From positions 1-58,597 of the forward strand of contig CAMVNW010000001.1 in assembly GCA_947168965.1 (NCBI GenBank): a DNA stretch of 58,597 bases, given 5' to 3'. Positions 36,124 through 46,534 of this stretch are shown here, one piece after another. Under the pieces are notes generated by a model. The model was not told where the DNA came from. It saw only the letters and a list, made by a program, of their open reading frames with translations, and did no database searches. Numbering within the stretch: the first letter of the stretch is position 1; each line of letters starts with the position of its first letter. The position numbers and the translations under genes were made by a program. This DNA is from an uncultured Bacillales bacterium. Lineage in GTDB: Bacteria; Bacillota_I; Bacilli_A; RF39; UBA660.

Positions 36124-37065
36124 CTATTTTTCTATGTAGTAAGCGTAATATTCATCGAATGTTATATTTTCATCATGTATTGTTTTTGCAGGCTCGATTC
36201 CTACGTATCTATAATGCCATGATTCATAATCATATCCTGTTATGTTTTCTTTTCCTTTTGGATATCTCAATATAAATCCATATTTATATGAATTATTAAT
36301 TAGCCATTCATATTCTTTTGTTTTATCGAATTCATCTGTTAAAACTCCTAGTGTTAATATATCAAATGCTAATCCTGTTTGATGTTCTGAGTATCCTGGT
36401 AGTGATGCATATTTTCTTGCATATTCTTCTCCATTTTCTCTCTTATAGTATTCATATGTTTCTTGTTGATTATCGTAGTCTCTATATGCCGATGATATAA
36501 TAAGGTTTATTCCGTCTTGTTTTGCTGCTTCATGCATTTCTATGTATTTATCTAATATTTCTTTTGATGTTTCGTTTCCATCGTATGCATACCAGTTTGA
36601 TATATTAATTATATTTTCTGGTTTGTAGTCTTTATCTAAATAATTATATTTATTAACTAATACAAGTTCTTTTTTACTTAAATCTGCCTTTTTTGTTTCT
36701 TTGTATTCTTCTTTATCTTTATTTACGTTTACTATTGCTACAACCTGTTCAATGTTTTCATTATTTGTTTGTTTTTGATAGTTTATATATCTTTCTAAAT
36801 TTTTATCTATGTAATATTTTTGTTTTATTATATCATCTATTTTTTCATTATATTCGTTATTTAGTATATATGTCATGTTTTCTTCTGATATTGGTTTTAT
36901 TGTTTGTATTTCTTCTTTGTTATATCCTATTTGTTTTAATTTGTATTCATTTGTATTGTGATATCTAACTGTTTTTATTATTAAAAGTAAAATTAATGCA
37001 AGTAATATTATTAGGCCTATTATTCCTTTTTTTATAACAGATTTTTTTATTCTTCTTTTTTTCAT
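36124..37065 (-). CDS. M15B (VanY-type) D-alanyl-D-alanine carboxypeptidase, membrane anchored
   Basis: SAYRDY, SEHQTGLAFD, ESWHYRYVG zinc/active-site motifs. Start placed at MKKRRIKK. Confidence 0.8.
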   Translation of the reverse strand: MKKRRIKKSVIKKGIIGLIILLALILLLIIKTVRYHNTNEYKLKQIGYNKEEIQTIKPISEENMTYILNNEYNEKIDDIIKQKYYIDKNLERYINYQKQTNNENIEQVVAIVNVNKDKEEYKETKKADLSKKELVLVNKYNYLDKDYKPENIINISNWYAYDGNETSKEILDKYIEMHEAAKQDGINLIISSAYRDYDNQQETYEYYKRENGEEYARKYASLPGYSEHQTGLAFDILTLGVLTDEFDKTKEYEWLINNSYKYGFILRYPKGKENITGYDYESWHYRYVGIEPAKTIHDENITFDEYYAYYIEK

Positions 37066-37156
37066 ATTACCACTACTTTCTTTAACAATTATACCACAAA
37101 GATATATTATTCTATACAAATATTGTCATTTATTGATAATTTTTTTATTTTTTCTA

Positions 37157-37213
37157 TTGACAACTTTATTTGTCATTGGTATAATTGTTTTTGACAAGTT
37201 TATTTGTCATTGG
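37157..37213 (+). promoter_or_regulatory. consensus promoter with two 23-bp direct-repeat operators
   Basis: TTGACA-17-TATAAT (37157-37185). TTGACAA(C/G)TTTATTTGTCATTGG at 37157-37179 and 37191-37213. Each contains TGACAA-n6-TTGTCA. The second copy abuts the GGAGG SD. Confidence 0.6.
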
Positions 37214-37221
37214 AGGTATAT

Positions 37222-38286
37222 ATGAAAAAGAAAAGAATTTATTTTATTACATCATCGATTATTCAAATGTTATTATCAATTTACTCATTTTTGAATGCGG
37301 AGACTATCAGACAGACTATTATTAATAACGCACAATCTTTATATGGAAATCTTTCTGATAAGGTTATTTCTACTTTTAGCAATACGTCTATAATCCCTGC
37401 TATGAGTGGAGTTTGTACTATTTTAGGATTAGTTATTTTAATTATTGCGATTAAAGATAAGCTTAGTTCTAAGAAAATATTAGTTTTAATACTATCTATT
37501 GCGTCTATTTTATGTTCTATTCAAGATTTAATTATAGTGTTAATGATTGTTAATATTATTTTAATTTTGAAAACTAAAAAAACAAAGGAAAGTGTTAGAA
37601 AAAATACTAATAAAAAAATTACTGTTTTAGACAGATGTGATTTGAGCAATAAATGTTTAGTATCAGGTATTATTGTTGCTGCTGTTTACTTTCTTTTAAT
37701 GCTTTTCCCTGATATCTTACCAATTCCAAAAGGATATTTAAAAGCAATTATTGTTCATTTATTTATTTTAATTGTATGTCTTGTATTATTTAAAGATCAT
37801 TTAAAAAGAGATTTTTATGCATTTAGGGTTAATTTTAAATCTTATATGTCTTATATTTTCCCTAAATTAGGGATTATGTATATTTTCTACATCTCAGCAA
37901 ACATAATTGCTTCTGTTGTTTTGAAATTAGGAAATTCTGTAAATCAACAAAATATTGAAGCAATGCCTTTTTGGTTTACAATACCTTTAGCAGTTGTTTG
38001 GGCACCTATTGTTGAGGAAATTGTTTTTAGAGGATGTTTTAGAAGATTAATTAAAAACGATAAGGTTTTTGTTATTGTTTCTGCTCTTATCTTTGGTATG
38101 GTTCATACTATGAGTGAGGCATCTCTTATTTCATTTGTTTTTCTTACAATTCCATATTCACTTCTTGGTGGTTTCTTAGCGTACATCTATACTAAAACTA
38201 ATAATATTTGTAGTAATATGTTCTGTCATTCATTCCATAATGCTTTGGCTATGGGAATACTACTTTTATCAAGTTTATTGGGTTAA
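37222..38286 (+). CDS. CPBP-family intramembrane glutamic endopeptidase (CAAX protease/Abi)
   Basis: APIVEEIVFRG, FGMVH, HSFHN motifs in the C-terminal half. N-terminal additional TM region. Confidence 0.8.
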   Translation: MKKKRIYFITSSIIQMLLSIYSFLNAETIRQTIINNAQSLYGNLSDKVISTFSNTSIIPAMSGVCTILGLVILIIAIKDKLSSKKILVLILSIASILCSIQDLIIVLMIVNIILILKTKKTKESVRKNTNKKITVLDRCDLSNKCLVSGIIVAAVYFLLMLFPDILPIPKGYLKAIIVHLFILIVCLVLFKDHLKRDFYAFRVNFKSYMSYIFPKLGIMYIFYISANIIASVVLKLGNSVNQQNIEAMPFWFTIPLAVVWAPIVEEIVFRGCFRRLIKNDKVFVIVSALIFGMVHTMSEASLISFVFLTIPYSLLGGFLAYIYTKTNNICSNMFCHSFHNALAMGILLLSSLLG

Positions 38287-38288
38287 TA

Positions 38289-38504
38289 ATGTTAATTAAT
38301 AATCTTAAAGAGTATAGAGTTAAAGCCAATATAAATCAACAAGATTTTGGAAGTTGTGTCGGTGTAAGTAGACAAACAATTAGTTTAATTGAACGTGGTG
38401 ATTATTCACCATCTGTTACTTTAGCAATTAAGATTGCTAGGTATTTTAATGTTAATGTTGAAGATATATTTATTTATAAGGAGGATTCTAATGAAGAAGG
38501 ATAG
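38289..38504 (+). CDS. XRE-family helix-turn-helix transcriptional regulator
   Basis: 71 aa. NQQDFGSCVGVSRQTISLIERGDYSPSVTLAIKIARYF. Confidence 0.85.
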   Translation: MLINNLKEYRVKANINQQDFGSCVGVSRQTISLIERGDYSPSVTLAIKIARYFNVNVEDIFIYKEDSNEEG

Positions 38505-39225
38505 ATTTATTATTAAGGCAATTCCTTGGATTGGTTTAGGATTTGTTTTTGGATTTGTTATTTTGTTATTATCAAACTTTAATTTTAATTTTGATTTAAG
38601 CACTATGTTTACTTATTTTGGTTATTCTTGTATAGGAATTAGTATTATATCTATGATTTTATCAATTTATTTTATGTGCAGTTCTAAGTCAATGATTAAT
38701 AAGAAGAGTGATGATTTTGATAAAATTGAAATCAAAATAGATAACAGTATTATTCTTGCTTGTATTTCTTTTATCACTTGTTTAATTTCTTTTGGAATAG
38801 TTATGTATGGGTCACATTTTAATACTTTAAAATCTATTTTTAGTACTATATTTACAATATGGTTTATTGTTACATGTTTTGCTTCAAGTTACATTCAATA
38901 TGTTTGTGTAGAACTAAATAAAAAAATAAATCCTGAAAAAAAAGGAAATGCTTTAGATTTTAATTTTTCAAAAGATTTTTATAATAGCTGTGATGAAGCA
39001 CAAAAAATAATTATTGGTGAGGTTTGTTATAAAAGTTTTATGATTAATTCATCTATATTATTATGGACTCTAGTTGCTTTGATATTTGCAGCATCATTTA
39101 TTGATATTGGTTTTTTCACAATTGTTTTGGTAGGATTAATTAATATTGTTAATGTTTTAGTTTATACAATTATTTCACATAAGTTACAATATAAAGGTTC
39201 TATTATTTATTCAGCAATGAAATAG
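38491..39225 (+). CDS. polytopic membrane protein, DUF3169-like
   Basis: ATG after AAGGAGG, overlapping the XRE gene end by 14 nt. An XRE gene followed by a DUF3169-type membrane protein is a common Firmicute pairing. Confidence 0.6.
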   Translation: MKKDRFIIKAIPWIGLGFVFGFVILLLSNFNFNFDLSTMFTYFGYSCIGISIISMILSIYFMCSSKSMINKKSDDFDKIEIKIDNSIILACISFITCLISFGIVMYGSHFNTLKSIFSTIFTIWFIVTCFASSYIQYVCVELNKKINPEKKGNALDFNFSKDFYNSCDEAQKIIIGEVCYKSFMINSSILLWTLVALIFAASFIDIGFFTIVLVGLINIVNVLVYTIISHKLQYKGSIIYSAMK

Positions 39226-39270
39226 TTAAAACTCATTTTATGAGTTTTTTTTTGCAAAAAAAATAAGATA

Positions 39271-39891
39271 TTAGAAAAATTCTTTTATCTTATTTTCATA
39301 ATTATCACTTTTTGTTATGTAACTTCCAACAACAAGTATGTCTGCGTTTTTTGCTTTTAATTTTGTTTCGTTATTTATTCCACCATCGACTTCTATTAAG
39401 TAGTCATAGTTTTTTTCTTGTTTTATTTCTTTTAATTGATTTATTTTATTTGTTGAATTTTCAATATATTTTTGTCCACCAAGTCCTGGTTCTACACTCA
39501 TTACTAAAACTAAATCGACTCCTTTTAATAGGTCTTTTATCTTATTTACTTCTGTTTCAGGTTTTATCGATAGTCCTGCTTTTATTTTTTTTGATTTAAT
39601 ATATTTTATCATTTCTAATGGCTTATCTGTTGCTTCGTAATGAAATGTTATTATTTCTGGATTTAGGTTTATATATTCATCTATATATGTTTTTACATCT
39701 TTTACCATTAGATGGATGTCTTTTTTTGTTGTTGTGTTTTTTAGTAGTTTTTCTATTTCATTATATTTCCATGTGGTATTTTCTACAAATTGTCCATCCA
39801 TTATATCTATGTGTAGATAATCAGGTTTTAATTTATCTAATTTTGCTATATTTTCTTTTTCATTTATCCCTAATATTGATACTGAAAGCAT
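39271..39891 (-). CDS. rpe: ribulose-phosphate 3-epimerase
   Basis: HIDIMDGQFV, MSVEPGLGGQ, VDGGIN motifs. Confidence 0.9.
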   Translation of the reverse strand: MLSVSILGINEKENIAKLDKLKPDYLHIDIMDGQFVENTTWKYNEIEKLLKNTTTKKDIHLMVKDVKTYIDEYINLNPEIITFHYEATDKPLEMIKYIKSKKIKAGLSIKPETEVNKIKDLLKGVDLVLVMSVEPGLGGQKYIENSTNKINQLKEIKQEKNYDYLIEVDGGINNETKLKAKNADILVVGSYITKSDNYENKIKEFF

Positions 39892-39894
39892 ATT

Positions 39895-40725
39895 TCACCT
39901 CTTTAAGAATTTTATATAATTTTCATATCTTGTTTCTAATATATTTTTTTGATTTACTTGTTTTTTTATTTCACAGTTTTCTTCACTTATGTGCATGCAG
40001 TCTTTATACTCACAGAGATGCCTATATTCATTAAATTCTATAAAGTTATCTCTTATGTCTTCATTTTTCATTCCAATAAAACTTATGCTTGAAAATCCAG
40101 GTGTATCTGCAATTAATCCATCAAACATTTCTATTAATTCTACGTGTCTTGTTGTATGTTTTCCACGACCTAGTGCTTGTGATATTATGTTTGTTTTTAA
40201 GTTTAATTCAGGGTTTAATTTGTTTAATAATGTACTTTTGCCTGCACCACTTTGTCCTGTGAATACTGTTACTCTTTCTTTGAATTGTTTTTTTATTTCT
40301 TCTATTTCGGTGTTTTTATATACTTTATAACCGATTGTTTTATAGTAATTTATTATTTTTTCTGTTTTTTCTTTTTCTTCTGGTTCTAATAAATCTAGTT
40401 TTGTGAAACATATTACTGGAGTTATATTATTATATTCTATTATACATAATAGCTTATCTAGCAAATTTGATGAAAATTCTGGTTCTTTTACGCTTGTTAT
40501 TATGAATGCTTGATCAATATTTGCGATTGGTGGTCTCACTAATTCTGTTCTTCTTGGTAAAATTTCTGTTATGTATTTTTTGTTTTCATCAAATATGCAG
40601 TTATCACCTACAATTGGAGTTATATTTTCTCTTCTAAATTTTCCTCTGGCTTTGCATGTATATAGCAAGTCTTTTGATTTTACTACATAATCATTACTTA
40701 TGTTTTTAATTATTATTCCCTGCAT
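39895..40725 (-). CDS. rsgA: ribosome small subunit-dependent GTPase A
   Basis: OB domain, circularly permuted GTPase (TKLDL, GQSGAGKSTL), C-terminal zinc knuckle C..C.H..E..C. Start placed at MQGIIIK after AGGAAGA. Confidence 0.9.
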   Translation of the reverse strand: MQGIIIKNISNDYVVKSKDLLYTCKARGKFRRENITPIVGDNCIFDENKKYITEILPRRTELVRPPIANIDQAFIITSVKEPEFSSNLLDKLLCIIEYNNITPVICFTKLDLLEPEEKEKTEKIINYYKTIGYKVYKNTEIEEIKKQFKERVTVFTGQSGAGKSTLLNKLNPELNLKTNIISQALGRGKHTTRHVELIEMFDGLIADTPGFSSISFIGMKNEDIRDNFIEFNEYRHLCEYKDCMHISEENCEIKKQVNQKNILETRYENYIKFLKR

Positions 40726-42493
40726 TCGATTCTTCCTGTGTTTTTTCTTCTGTTTCTTTTTCATCAGTAGGTAATACTGTTTCGATTGGATCTTTTTTCT
40801 TTTCTTTTGCGATTGTGATAACTAGTGGATATCCTTCTTTTACTCTTGTTCCTGCTACTCTATCTTGTTTTATTATTGTTCCTTCTTTATATGCGTCTGT
40901 TTCTTCTTCTACGAATTCTACTGATACATTGTATTCTTTGCAGAATGATTCTATTGCAGCTTTTGTCCATTTTTCTTCTACAAAGTTTGGATATGTTGTA
41001 ATTAGATTAGGTATTACAAATGTTATTGTATCTCCTTCAACTAATTTTGTACCAGCAATTGGTCTTTGTTCTAGTATTTGATTTTCTTTTACTTCTTCTT
41101 TTTCTGATTTTTCAATATCTTTTGTTTCTGATACTACTTTAATTCCATATGCTTCTAGTTTTCCTTTTACTTCATGATAATTCTTTCCAACATAGTTTTC
41201 TGCTTCTATTCCGTTTTCTCCTGTTGATATTATCAGTGTTATTGTTGTACCTTTTTTTCTATTTACTCCTGCTGGTGGATTAGTGCTTATAACAAATCCT
41301 TCTCTTATTTCTTCACTTGATTTTTTTTCTGTTTGTTCACTTACTTCAAATCCTTGATCTTTTAGTTTTTTTTCTGCTTCCTGAATTGTTAAATTTGATA
41401 CGTCTGGAACTGTTATTTCTTTTACTTTTTGTGTTTTTGATAATGTTATTACACCTATTATTGCCGCTATTATAAGTACTGCAACTACTATTCCTAGAAA
41501 AATTAGGAATTTATATGATTTTTTGTTTTCTTCATCTTCTAGTTCGTCTAATTCTGATTTTTCAGGTATTATTTCTTTTATATTTTTTAATTCTTTTGTA
41601 TCTTCTAAATCATCTGTTTCTGAATATTGATATACATATCTTTTTTCATTTATTCTATCTTCGTCTAAACATGTTTCAATATCGTTATACATTTCTACTA
41701 CGTTTTTATATCTATTTTTAGGATTTTTTGCGCATGCTTTTAATATTATATTTTCAACTGATTGTGGTATTTGTTCATTTATGTTGCATACACTTGGTAT
41801 TTGATTTTTCATTTGTTTGATTGCTATTTCTACTGCGTTTTCTCCTTTAAATGGTAGTTGCCCTGTTAAGAGTTCAAACATTACTATTCCAAGTGAATAA
41901 ATATCGCTTTTTACTGTTGCACCTTTTCCATTTGCTTGTTCTGGTGGTAAGTAATGAACTGATCCCATTACTGAATTTGTTTGTGTTAGTTCGTTACTAT
42001 TTAATGCCATTGCGATACCAAAGTCTGTTATTTTTACTAGTCCGTCTTCTTTTATTAATACGTTTTGTGGTTTTATATCTCTATGTATTATATTTGAATC
42101 ATGTGCGCATGCGATTGCTGATGTTAATTGTGTCATTATATCCATTACTTCTGGAAGTGTTAGTGCGCCACGTTTTTTTACTAGGTTTTTTAATGTTTTA
42201 CCTTCTACGTATTCCATTACAATGTAGTATTTTCCGTCGTCTTCTCCTACATCATACATTTCTACTATATTGGGATGGCTAAGTGAAGATGCTGCTATTG
42301 CTTCTCTTTGAAATCTTCTTACAAATTTTTCATCGTCTGCTAGGTCTCCTCTTAATATTTTTACGGCAACGTCTCTATCTAGTATTAGATCGTGTGCTAA
42401 ATAAACGTTTGCCATTCCTCCTTCTCCAATTGTTCGTATTATTTGATATCTATCGTTTATTTTTTGTCCTCTAATTATCACTTGGTTCACCAT
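40706..42493 (-). CDS. prkC: Ser/Thr protein kinase PrkC with TM and PASTA repeats
   Basis: GEGGMANVY, HRDIKPQN, DFGIA kinase motifs. Three PASTA-like repeats after the TM helix. Confidence 0.9.
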   Translation of the reverse strand: MVNQVIIRGQKINDRYQIIRTIGEGGMANVYLAHDLILDRDVAVKILRGDLADDEKFVRRFQREAIAASSLSHPNIVEMYDVGEDDGKYYIVMEYVEGKTLKNLVKKRGALTLPEVMDIMTQLTSAIACAHDSNIIHRDIKPQNVLIKEDGLVKITDFGIAMALNSNELTQTNSVMGSVHYLPPEQANGKGATVKSDIYSLGIVMFELLTGQLPFKGENAVEIAIKQMKNQIPSVCNINEQIPQSVENIILKACAKNPKNRYKNVVEMYNDIETCLDEDRINEKRYVYQYSETDDLEDTKELKNIKEIIPEKSELDELEDEENKKSYKFLIFLGIVVAVLIIAAIIGVITLSKTQKVKEITVPDVSNLTIQEAEKKLKDQGFEVSEQTEKKSSEEIREGFVISTNPPAGVNRKKGTTITLIISTGENGIEAENYVGKNYHEVKGKLEAYGIKVVSETKDIEKSEKEEVKENQILEQRPIAGTKLVEGDTITFVIPNLITTYPNFVEEKWTKAAIESFCKEYNVSVEFVEEETDAYKEGTIIKQDRVAGTRVKEGYPLVITIAKEKKKDPIETVLPTDEKETEEKTQEESNAGNNN

Positions 42494-43217
42494 CTTTCTT
42501 TAAGAATGCTACTGAGATATTATCTGTTCCACCTCTGTTATTTGCTTTTACTATTAATTTATTAACTTTTTCTTCTATTGAAATATCTTCTGTTAATACT
42601 TTTGCTATTTGATTATTTTCTAACATATTTGTTAATCCATCACTACATAAGAAAATTCCTTCTATATCTGTTTCTACATCAAATATATCCATTTCTACAT
42701 TTGTAGTTGCTCCTAATGCTTTCATTAATACATTTTTTCTTGGATGGTCTTTTGCTTCTTCTTCTGTTATTTCTCCTGATTTTAATAATAAATTTACTAG
42801 TGTGTGATCATTTGTTATTTTATGTATTTGACCATCTTTTAGTACATATCCAGATGAATCTCCTATGTTACCAAATAATAGGTAATCGTCAGTTAATATA
42901 GCCATTACTATTGTTGTTCCCATTCCTGCTGATTCTGGATTTTCTTCTGTATATTTATAGATTTGTACATTTGCTTCACTTACTACGTTTTTTATCCATA
43001 GTATTGCGTCTTCTTTATTTCCAAGTTTTCTAAGTTCTCTGAATGATTTACCAATATGTGATATGGCTATACTTGAAGCAATTTCTCCACCTCTATGTCC
43101 TCCCATACCATCGGCTACTGCAAGCATATATTCATTATTATGATTTTTTACTATAATTACACTGTCTTCATTGTGTTCTCTTACTTTTCCTGGATCTGTT
43201 AAATAGGCGTATTCCAT
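42471..43217 (-). CDS. prpC: PP2C-family Ser/Thr phosphatase (PrpC/Stp)
   Basis: REHNEDS, VADGMGGH, CSDGL, GGTDNIS motifs. ATG overlaps the rlmN stop, GAGGAGG SD. Confidence 0.9.
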   Translation of the reverse strand: MEYAYLTDPGKVREHNEDSVIIVKNHNNEYMLAVADGMGGHRGGEIASSIAISHIGKSFRELRKLGNKEDAILWIKNVVSEANVQIYKYTEENPESAGMGTTIVMAILTDDYLLFGNIGDSSGYVLKDGQIHKITNDHTLVNLLLKSGEITEEEAKDHPRKNVLMKALGATTNVEMDIFDVETDIEGIFLCSDGLTNMLENNQIAKVLTEDISIEEKVNKLIVKANNRGGTDNISVAFLKKDGEPSDN

Positions 43218-44242
43218 TATTTTTCCTCCTCGTAATTTGATCTTAATTGACCACAAGCTGCACTAACTTTTTTTCCAAATTCTTTTCTTATTGTTACGTT
43301 TATATTATTCTTTTTTAGAGTATCATAGAATTTCATTATTTGTTCTTTTTCGCTTTTTTTAAATTCTATATGACTTGTTTCGTTATATGGTATTAGGTTT
43401 ACATAGCAGTTTATTCCTTTTAATAGTTTTGATAATTCTACTGCATGTTTTTCTTGATCGTTTATGTTTTTTAACATTATATATTCAAATGTTACTCTTC
43501 TATTAGTTTTATTTATATATTTTTTTACAGATTCTATTAATTGTTCTATAGGGTATGCTTTGTTTATAGGCATTATTTTATTTCTTATTTCATTATTTGG
43601 TGCATGTAAGCTAATAGCTAGATTTACTTGTTTTGGATTGTTCGCAAATTCATTTATTTTTGGAACTAAACCTGATGTTGATACTGTTATGTGTCTTGCC
43701 CCTAGATCAATTCCTTTTGGTTCATTTATTATATCTATAAAATTCATTACATTATCGTAGTTATCAAATGGTTCTCCTATTCCCATTAAAACTAGATGAG
43801 ATATTCTTATATTTAAGTCTTCTTCTACTTGTATTATTTGAGATACCATTTCATAAGAATTAAGATTTCTTACTTTTTTTAATCTTCCACTTTCACAGAA
43901 TGCGCATGACATATTGCATCCTACTTGTGTTGATACACATAATGAATTTCCATAATCATGTTTCATTAGTACTGCTTCTATTTTGTTTTTGTCACTTAAT
44001 TCAAATAAGTATTTACGTACATCAGTATCTATTTGTTTTTTTAATATTTTTAATGGTTCTATAGAAAAGTCTTGTTTTAATCTTTCTATTACTTCTTTTT
44101 TTATGTTTGTCATTTCATCAAATGATTTTACTCTTTTTTTATAAAGCCACTCATATACTTGTGTTGCTTTAAACTCTTTTTCATTAATATTTTTGAAGTA
44201 TTCCTTTAAATCTTCTAATCTGTAATCATATATATTTTTCAT
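43217..44242 (-). CDS. rlmN: 23S rRNA/tRNA (adenine-C2)-methyltransferase RlmN
   Basis: Radical SAM CNMSCAFCESG. C-terminal ACGQL. Confidence 0.95.
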   Translation of the reverse strand: MKNIYDYRLEDLKEYFKNINEKEFKATQVYEWLYKKRVKSFDEMTNIKKEVIERLKQDFSIEPLKILKKQIDTDVRKYLFELSDKNKIEAVLMKHDYGNSLCVSTQVGCNMSCAFCESGRLKKVRNLNSYEMVSQIIQVEEDLNIRISHLVLMGIGEPFDNYDNVMNFIDIINEPKGIDLGARHITVSTSGLVPKINEFANNPKQVNLAISLHAPNNEIRNKIMPINKAYPIEQLIESVKKYINKTNRRVTFEYIMLKNINDQEKHAVELSKLLKGINCYVNLIPYNETSHIEFKKSEKEQIMKFYDTLKKNNINVTIRKEFGKKVSAACGQLRSNYEEEK

Positions 44243-44304
44243 ATTTACACCCTACTAATAATTATATCAAAAAGTCTTTGTTCTATCAATTTCTTTTTTA
44301 TATT

Positions 44305-44337
44305 ATAAGAAAAAAACTATACATTTTTGTATAGTTT
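44305..44337 (-). terminator. intrinsic terminator before the rlmN operon promoter
   Basis: Minus strand AAACTATAC-aaaaat-GTATAGTTT plus T-run. TTGATA-17-TATAAT promoter follows. Confidence 0.65.
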
Positions 44338-45199
44338 AGGATAATTTTTCTTCTTTATCTGTTAGTTTAATTTTACAATCACATAAGAAACAGTATTCTG
44401 AACTTGAATTTACTTTTGCGCCACAGTTTATACATGACACATCACTTCTAGTCCATTTTTTTATATCAATTGTTGGTACATAATATGTTTTTGTTTTCTT
44501 TGTTTCTTCTTTATATTTTGATAAAGATAAATTCTTTTTTGATATCTTTTTTAGTCTTAATTTTAATATTAAATCGTTAAATTTTTCTTTTAGTGTTTTT
44601 TCTTTTTTATCTACTTTTACAGTTATTTTGTTATATTTTATTTTTCCATCTTTTGTTGTTTCTTGTGTAATTGTTTTTTTATTTTCTTTTTTCATTAATT
44701 TTTGTATTAACGCTGGTGTTATTACTTTTTTATTTTCTTTTTGAGTTTTTACTTTATTTGTTATTTTTTCTTTTTTGTCAGATATGATATTTTTTATTTT
44801 ATCTTCTGTTGCTTTAATTTTTTCTTTTGATTTATTTAGTTTTAAATATGGTAAATATACTGATAATAATATAACTATATTTCCTATAATCATTATAGCT
44901 AAACCATATTGAAATTTTGCATAACAATTATACATTTTATTAATTTCATTTAATCTGTCTATATTATTCAATATAAATTTAATAATTAATGATAACGACA
45001 TTGCGGATGGTATTATTATTAATTCTTTTTTTTCTAATTTTACAAGTATAAACATTGAAACAATTAAAACTAATGTTAATACACCATTTTCCTTTAAAAA
45101 GTTTATATTTTCTTGAGCTATTCTTATAGATGGTAAAAGTGTTCCTATTAAAAGTAATATTAAACCGACAAAAGTCAGTAAATCTTTTCTATTTTTCAT
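44336..45199 (-). CDS. membrane protein with Lys-rich linker and C-terminal zinc ribbon
   Basis: About 4 TM helices. CINCGAKV...CFLCDC at the C-terminus. No family recognised. Confidence 0.55.
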   Translation of the reverse strand: MKNRKDLLTFVGLILLLIGTLLPSIRIAQENINFLKENGVLTLVLIVSMFILVKLEKKELIIIPSAMSLSLIIKFILNNIDRLNEINKMYNCYAKFQYGLAIMIIGNIVILLSVYLPYLKLNKSKEKIKATEDKIKNIISDKKEKITNKVKTQKENKKVITPALIQKLMKKENKKTITQETTKDGKIKYNKITVKVDKKEKTLKEKFNDLILKLRLKKISKKNLSLSKYKEETKKTKTYYVPTIDIKKWTRSDVSCINCGAKVNSSSEYCFLCDCKIKLTDKEEKLS

Positions 45200-45307
45200 T
45201 ATATTAATCCCCCTTTAAATCTTTTGGTTCTTAAATACAAGTGGGACTTATTATATCACTTTTTTTATATTTGTCAAATTACAAAGAAAAAAAGTGCTTA
45301 TCGCACT

Positions 45308-46534
45308 TTAGATCTTATTATATAGGTTTTTCTTTCTTGCTATTGCAAATAATCCTGCTGCAGCAATTATTACTCCACCTGAAATGTATAAAGAAGTAAT
45401 TCCTGTTTTTGGATTTTCAGTTGTATTTGTCCATTTAGCATATACATTTACTTCATATGTTCCATCATCGTTAGGATTGATGTTTTCTAATCCGTATACA
45501 TCTTCAACAGTTTTTAGATCTACTTCATTTTTCAATTCATTTTCTTCATACCAACCTACAAATTCATATCCTTCTCTTGTAGTTGTACTTAATGATACTT
45601 TTTGATTCATATCATCTGGATTTTTAATTGTAAATGTAATTGGATCTAGTTCTTCTCCACCATTTGTAATGTAGTGAATTATTAATTTTCTAACTGTTTC
45701 GTCTGCATCACCTAGTAAATACCAATTATTATCTTGTCCTAATACCATTCTGTAAGCTACTCCGCTCTTAGTTGTTGCTGTAACCATTATATATTCTTGT
45801 CCTAATGCTTCTCCTGTTGATGATGCTTGATATTCAGCTTCTTCTACTGCATTATTTACTTGAATCATTGCTTTAATTTTATTGAATGTTTCTTCTGTCA
45901 TTTGAGTTTTATTTGATATTGTGAATTCAATATCTTCAGTACTGTACCCTTCGATTGCCTTTTGATATACATATGCATTTAATGTTATATCTTCATCGCT
46001 TATAGATACTCCTTTTGCTTTTAGATAATCAACTAATGAGTATACTATATCTTTTGCAGCTACTTCCCACCAGTTTGTTTGTAAATCGCTAACTGTTATT
46101 GTCTCTATAAACCCTTCATTTTTGACTTGTCCCAAAGCTTTAATCCATGTAGAATCTCCGGATGTAATATATCCGTTTTGTAAAGTATTTGCTGTGTCGC
46201 CAGTATTTTCCATATCTATTAATCTTTTTCTTGCTTGTATACTGTAATCGTAAATTGGAATTAATACTTCTCCAGCTTTTGCAACATATTTACCATCAGC
46301 TAATTTTGTCATTGCATGCCTATAATCTGCATATGTTCCTCTTCCTGTTGAATTATCGCTATATAAATCAAGTAGCATATAATAATTGAATTGGAATTCA
46401 TTAGAAGGTTTATTATAGATGTATTCAAGAAGTGGCGATGTTCCTTCAGCCTTTACATTTTTCATAAATAATGTACTGCTACTAAATAGTAATGCCGCTA
46501 CTAAAGCAATTACAAAACTTTTTCTTTTATTCAT
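45308..46534 (-). CDS. secreted cell-wall-anchored surface protein with Flg_new (Listeria-Bacteroides) repeat
   Basis: Signal peptide. IHYITNGGEEL...REGYEFVGWY repeat. C-terminal NPKTG + hydrophobic helix + RKK tail (sortase-type sorting signal). Confidence 0.7.
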   Translation of the reverse strand: MNKRKSFVIALVAALLFSSSTLFMKNVKAEGTSPLLEYIYNKPSNEFQFNYYMLLDLYSDNSTGRGTYADYRHAMTKLADGKYVAKAGEVLIPIYDYSIQARKRLIDMENTGDTANTLQNGYITSGDSTWIKALGQVKNEGFIETITVSDLQTNWWEVAAKDIVYSLVDYLKAKGVSISDEDITLNAYVYQKAIEGYSTEDIEFTISNKTQMTEETFNKIKAMIQVNNAVEEAEYQASSTGEALGQEYIMVTATTKSGVAYRMVLGQDNNWYLLGDADETVRKLIIHYITNGGEELDPITFTIKNPDDMNQKVSLSTTTREGYEFVGWYEENELKNEVDLKTVEDVYGLENINPNDDGTYEVNVYAKWTNTTENPKTGITSLYISGGVIIAAAGLFAIARKKNLYNKI

